This document shows, one piece after another, positions 1 to 64,000 of a stretch of DNA of 64,000 nucleotides. Below the pieces are notes generated by a model. That model worked only from the letters and a program-made list of their open reading frames with translations, searched no databases and was not told the DNA's origin. Origin of the DNA: Felis catus (taxonomy: Eukaryota); contig NC_058369.1 of assembly GCF_018350175.1 (NCBI RefSeq), positions 6,264,001 to 6,328,000 of the forward strand, written 5' to 3'. The translations under genes and the position numbers were made by a program. Numbering within the stretch: position 1 is the stretch's first letter; every line of letters begins with the position of its first letter.

Positions 1-61224
<61,224 letters not shown>

Positions 61225-61774
61225 CTGGAGACCCGTGTGGGAGGGGAAGAGGGCGTTGACCACGGGTGCCAGAGGCCCCTGCCCATCACCCCCCCCCCCA
61301 GGTGGGGTGGAATGTCCCCCCCAGGCGATCTGTCTAACCTGGGCCTTCAGGGCCTCATCCCAAAAAAGGGGCTGGAAGTCGGGACCTCTAGCCCTGACTC
61401 CACCTTGCTCGCTGGGTTTCCCTCCCATGGGCTTATAAAAGGGGGTAATAATCTCTGCTCTGCCTCCCCCCCCCCCCCACCGTGTTTAATGTCTTCGAAT
61501 GCAGTTTGTAAAAGGGCAGCACACAGATAAGTCATCCTTGGCGCTAAGGGCAGAATTTCATGCAGCGCTGGGGCTCCCTGCCTTGTCCCTGGGGTGCTTG
61601 GTACATCTCCTCATAGGTCTGTTGGACCCCAAGTGTCCGTCCCAGGCCCAGGCTAGGGTGTAGCAGGTGAGGACCTTGCCTCAGGCACAAAATCAAAGCG
61701 GGGGGGGCCCTCAAACTCAGGAATCCAGAAAAATCAGGTTAGTATAATCTATACATTTTTAAAGTCAAGAGTCA

Positions 61775-62015
61775 GGGGTGCCTGGGTGGCTCAGCGTCCG
61801 ACTTCGGCTCAGGTCATGATCCCTCGGTTCGTGGGTTCGAGCCCCATGTTGGGCTCTGGGCTGACAGCTCGGAGCCTGGAGCCTGCTTGGGATTCTGTGT
61901 CTCTCTCTCTCTCTCTCTCTCTCTGCCCGTCCTCTGTTCACACTCGGTGTGTGTGTGTGTGTGTGTGTCTCTCAAAAAATAAATACACAATAAAAATAAC
62001 AAAAATAAATAAAAT
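61775..62015 (+). mobile_element. CanSINE with (CT)n and (GT)n tracts
   Basis: SINE head; gtcaagagtc duplicated on both flanks. Confidence 0.88.
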
Positions 62016-63028
62016 GTCAAGAGTCGTGCAAAGAGTCACGATGGACAGATGATCAAAATGTTAAATCATGACAGTACTGGACCCTGTGCTTGTATGACTC
62101 ACCTCACTCCCGTCCCCTATTTCTGGCCCTGCTCCCTCAGGGTCTGGAGTGCTCCAGCCAACACCTTCCCCTCTCTGACAGGGAGAAGCCCAGGGGGGCA
62201 CATTACCAAAGGCTCCGGGGCCAGCCCCCTCGGCAGCCTCAAGCTGCCACCCACCCACCCGCGAGGCAGCGGCGTGCCAGGCCCCGTGAGACGCAGAAGA
62301 TACACAGAAGTGGACGACGATGTGCCAGCCTTCGGTGCTCCCCACACAGTCATCCCGAACTAAACCTGCATTGTCACTAATGCCGCAGCAGCTCCACCAG
62401 GGGGCATTGTTGTCCCACTTTCCAGATCAGGAGACTGAGGCTCAGGGAGGAACAAAGACTCGCCCTGGATCACACACACGGCCAGACTCAAACTCAGGTC
62501 TGTTTGGATCCAAGCCCTCTGCTCTTTCTTATGCTTCTCTCTCCTTGCCCCAGTCCCTTTTCTCTTCTCTCTCTCCTTCCCAATCATTCTATCTGCCATT
62601 TTTTCCCCCAGCCAGGGAACTTGCCTTTTCTTCTCCTTGGAAAACCTGTTCTCCTAGCCCACCTACGGTTGGCCTGGCAAACTCCTATTCATCCTTCAAA
62701 AGCCAGCTTGGGCGTGTCCTCAGGCTGCCTTCCTGACTCCTCAAGGCTACGTAAGACGTAAGGCGTCCCTCCCCTGGGCTGTCAGGACCTGTGGCACAGA
62801 GACTTTCCTTGTCCAGACTTTTGTTAGGAGTGTCCTCAGACGGGGTTTGGTGGCTAGGTGGGTGGATGGGTGGGCTTCTCCCCACTGCTTCCTGCAAAGC
62901 CAATGCTGAGCATGGCCCCAGGCATCTATGTGGTCTCAGGCAGCCTGTGAGACACTGTCCCAGCTGGTGGCCTGAAGGGGCCACGAGGGAACACGGCCCC
63001 CTTCATGGACTCCACGCAAGTCCCCCAG

Positions 63029-64000
63029 GAGGGCGCCCGGCTGGCTCAGTTGGTAAAGCATGTGCCGCTTGATCTCAGAGTTGTGAGTTCAAGCCCCAGG
63101 TTGGGCGTAGAGATTACTTTAAAATAAATAAATAAACAAACAAACAAATAAATAGATAAAAAGATGGATGGAGATGTTAATAGATGTGCTTAAAAAGAAG
63201 AGGTCCCCAAGGATAGTATTGCCACATAAAATACAAGGCACTCAGTTATATTTCAATCTCAGATAAACCCCAAGTATTTTTTTTTAGGATAAGTATATTC
63301 CAAAGCATCGTAATATTTGACACTCAAATCTAACTGGGTGTCCTCTGATTTGGTTTCCTCAGCCTTACAACCCTAACTCTGGACCATTTGGTCAGGCAGG
63401 GCCAGTCCTCTACCAGGAGAGGGAGAGCAGGGGGGGGCCTGCTATTGCCTGGTTTGGGGTATTTTCGGGGAAGCTTCCAATTCAAAATTGAAAATACCTG
63501 GAAAGAGGAGCTTTGCAGGGTCTGGCTTTTCCCGCCGACCTCACCTGCCTGGAGCTCTCCACGGTTTTTACCCCTTCCTCCTTCTTTTTCTTGTGGTAAG
63601 GTAGACATGACGTAAAATTTGCCATTGTCATCATTTTTAAGCGTGCAGCTCGGTGACACTCAGGTACCGGGTAGCTTCTAATCTGCTGCCTGTCTATGAA
63701 TCTGCCTAGCCTGGGGACCTCAAGTAAGTGGAATCGTACAATATTTGTCCTTTCGTGTCTGGTTTATTTCACTTAGCCTAATGTTTTCAAGTGTATCCGT
63801 ATTCTAGCATGTATCAGAATTTCATTCCTTTTTAAGGCTGAATAACATTCTGTTGTCTGGGGCACCTGGGTGGCTCAGTCAGTTACACATTCAGCTCTTG
63901 GTTTCGGCTCAGGTCGTGATCTCACGGTTCGTGAGTTCGAGCCCCTGTGTCGGGCCCTAGGCCGACAGTGTGGAGCCTGCTTGGGATTCTCTCTCTCTCC
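63029..64000. mobile_element. Older CanSINE (63029-63150), MER53-like fragment (about 63219-63340), minus L1 3' fragment (about 63590-63858) and a CanSINE truncated by the window edge (63859-64000)
   Basis: Recognisable consensus motifs of each family. Confidence 0.7.

Noticed and set aside
61225..64000. Search for the ATG-containing first coding exon of the long isoform
   Set aside because: No convincing short MGDDQ-like exon with a donor was found; it probably lies beyond the window. ATG 61428 in the ORF track is intronic read-through.

Overview
Mammalian genomic DNA, almost certainly from a felid: about 37 SINEC_Fc-type CanSINEs are present, plus L1, MaLR/ERVL LTR, MIR/L2 and Tigger/MER relics. 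The window is occupied by most of the minus-strand gene ARHGEF18 (p114RhoGEF/SA-RhoGEF, a Lbc-family DH-PH RhoA GEF). I traced 24 coding exons with GT-AG boundaries and consistent phases (3138 nt, 1046 codons). The start exon of the long isoform and the 3' end of the gene lie outside the window. A 39-kb intron (16225-55508) contains a CpG-island promoter with a non-coding first exon. The most interesting part is how the three 5' ends converge on one hybrid exon near 16.1-16.6 kb. (i) A CCAAT-CCAAT-CATAAAAG core promoter sits just upstream of a strong-Kozak ATG that starts MGNTHSKS, a textbook N-myristoylation signal. (ii) The upstream extension annotated as coding in human (recalled from memory) is frameshifted here. 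(iii) In the CpG-island (p114) transcript the first AUG opens an out-of-frame uORF whose stop overlaps the main start codon (AUGA). No prokaryotic-type system (CRISPR, operon, etc.) is present, and most entries in the ORF track are spurious. Repeat coordinates and family names are approximate, assigned by eye.
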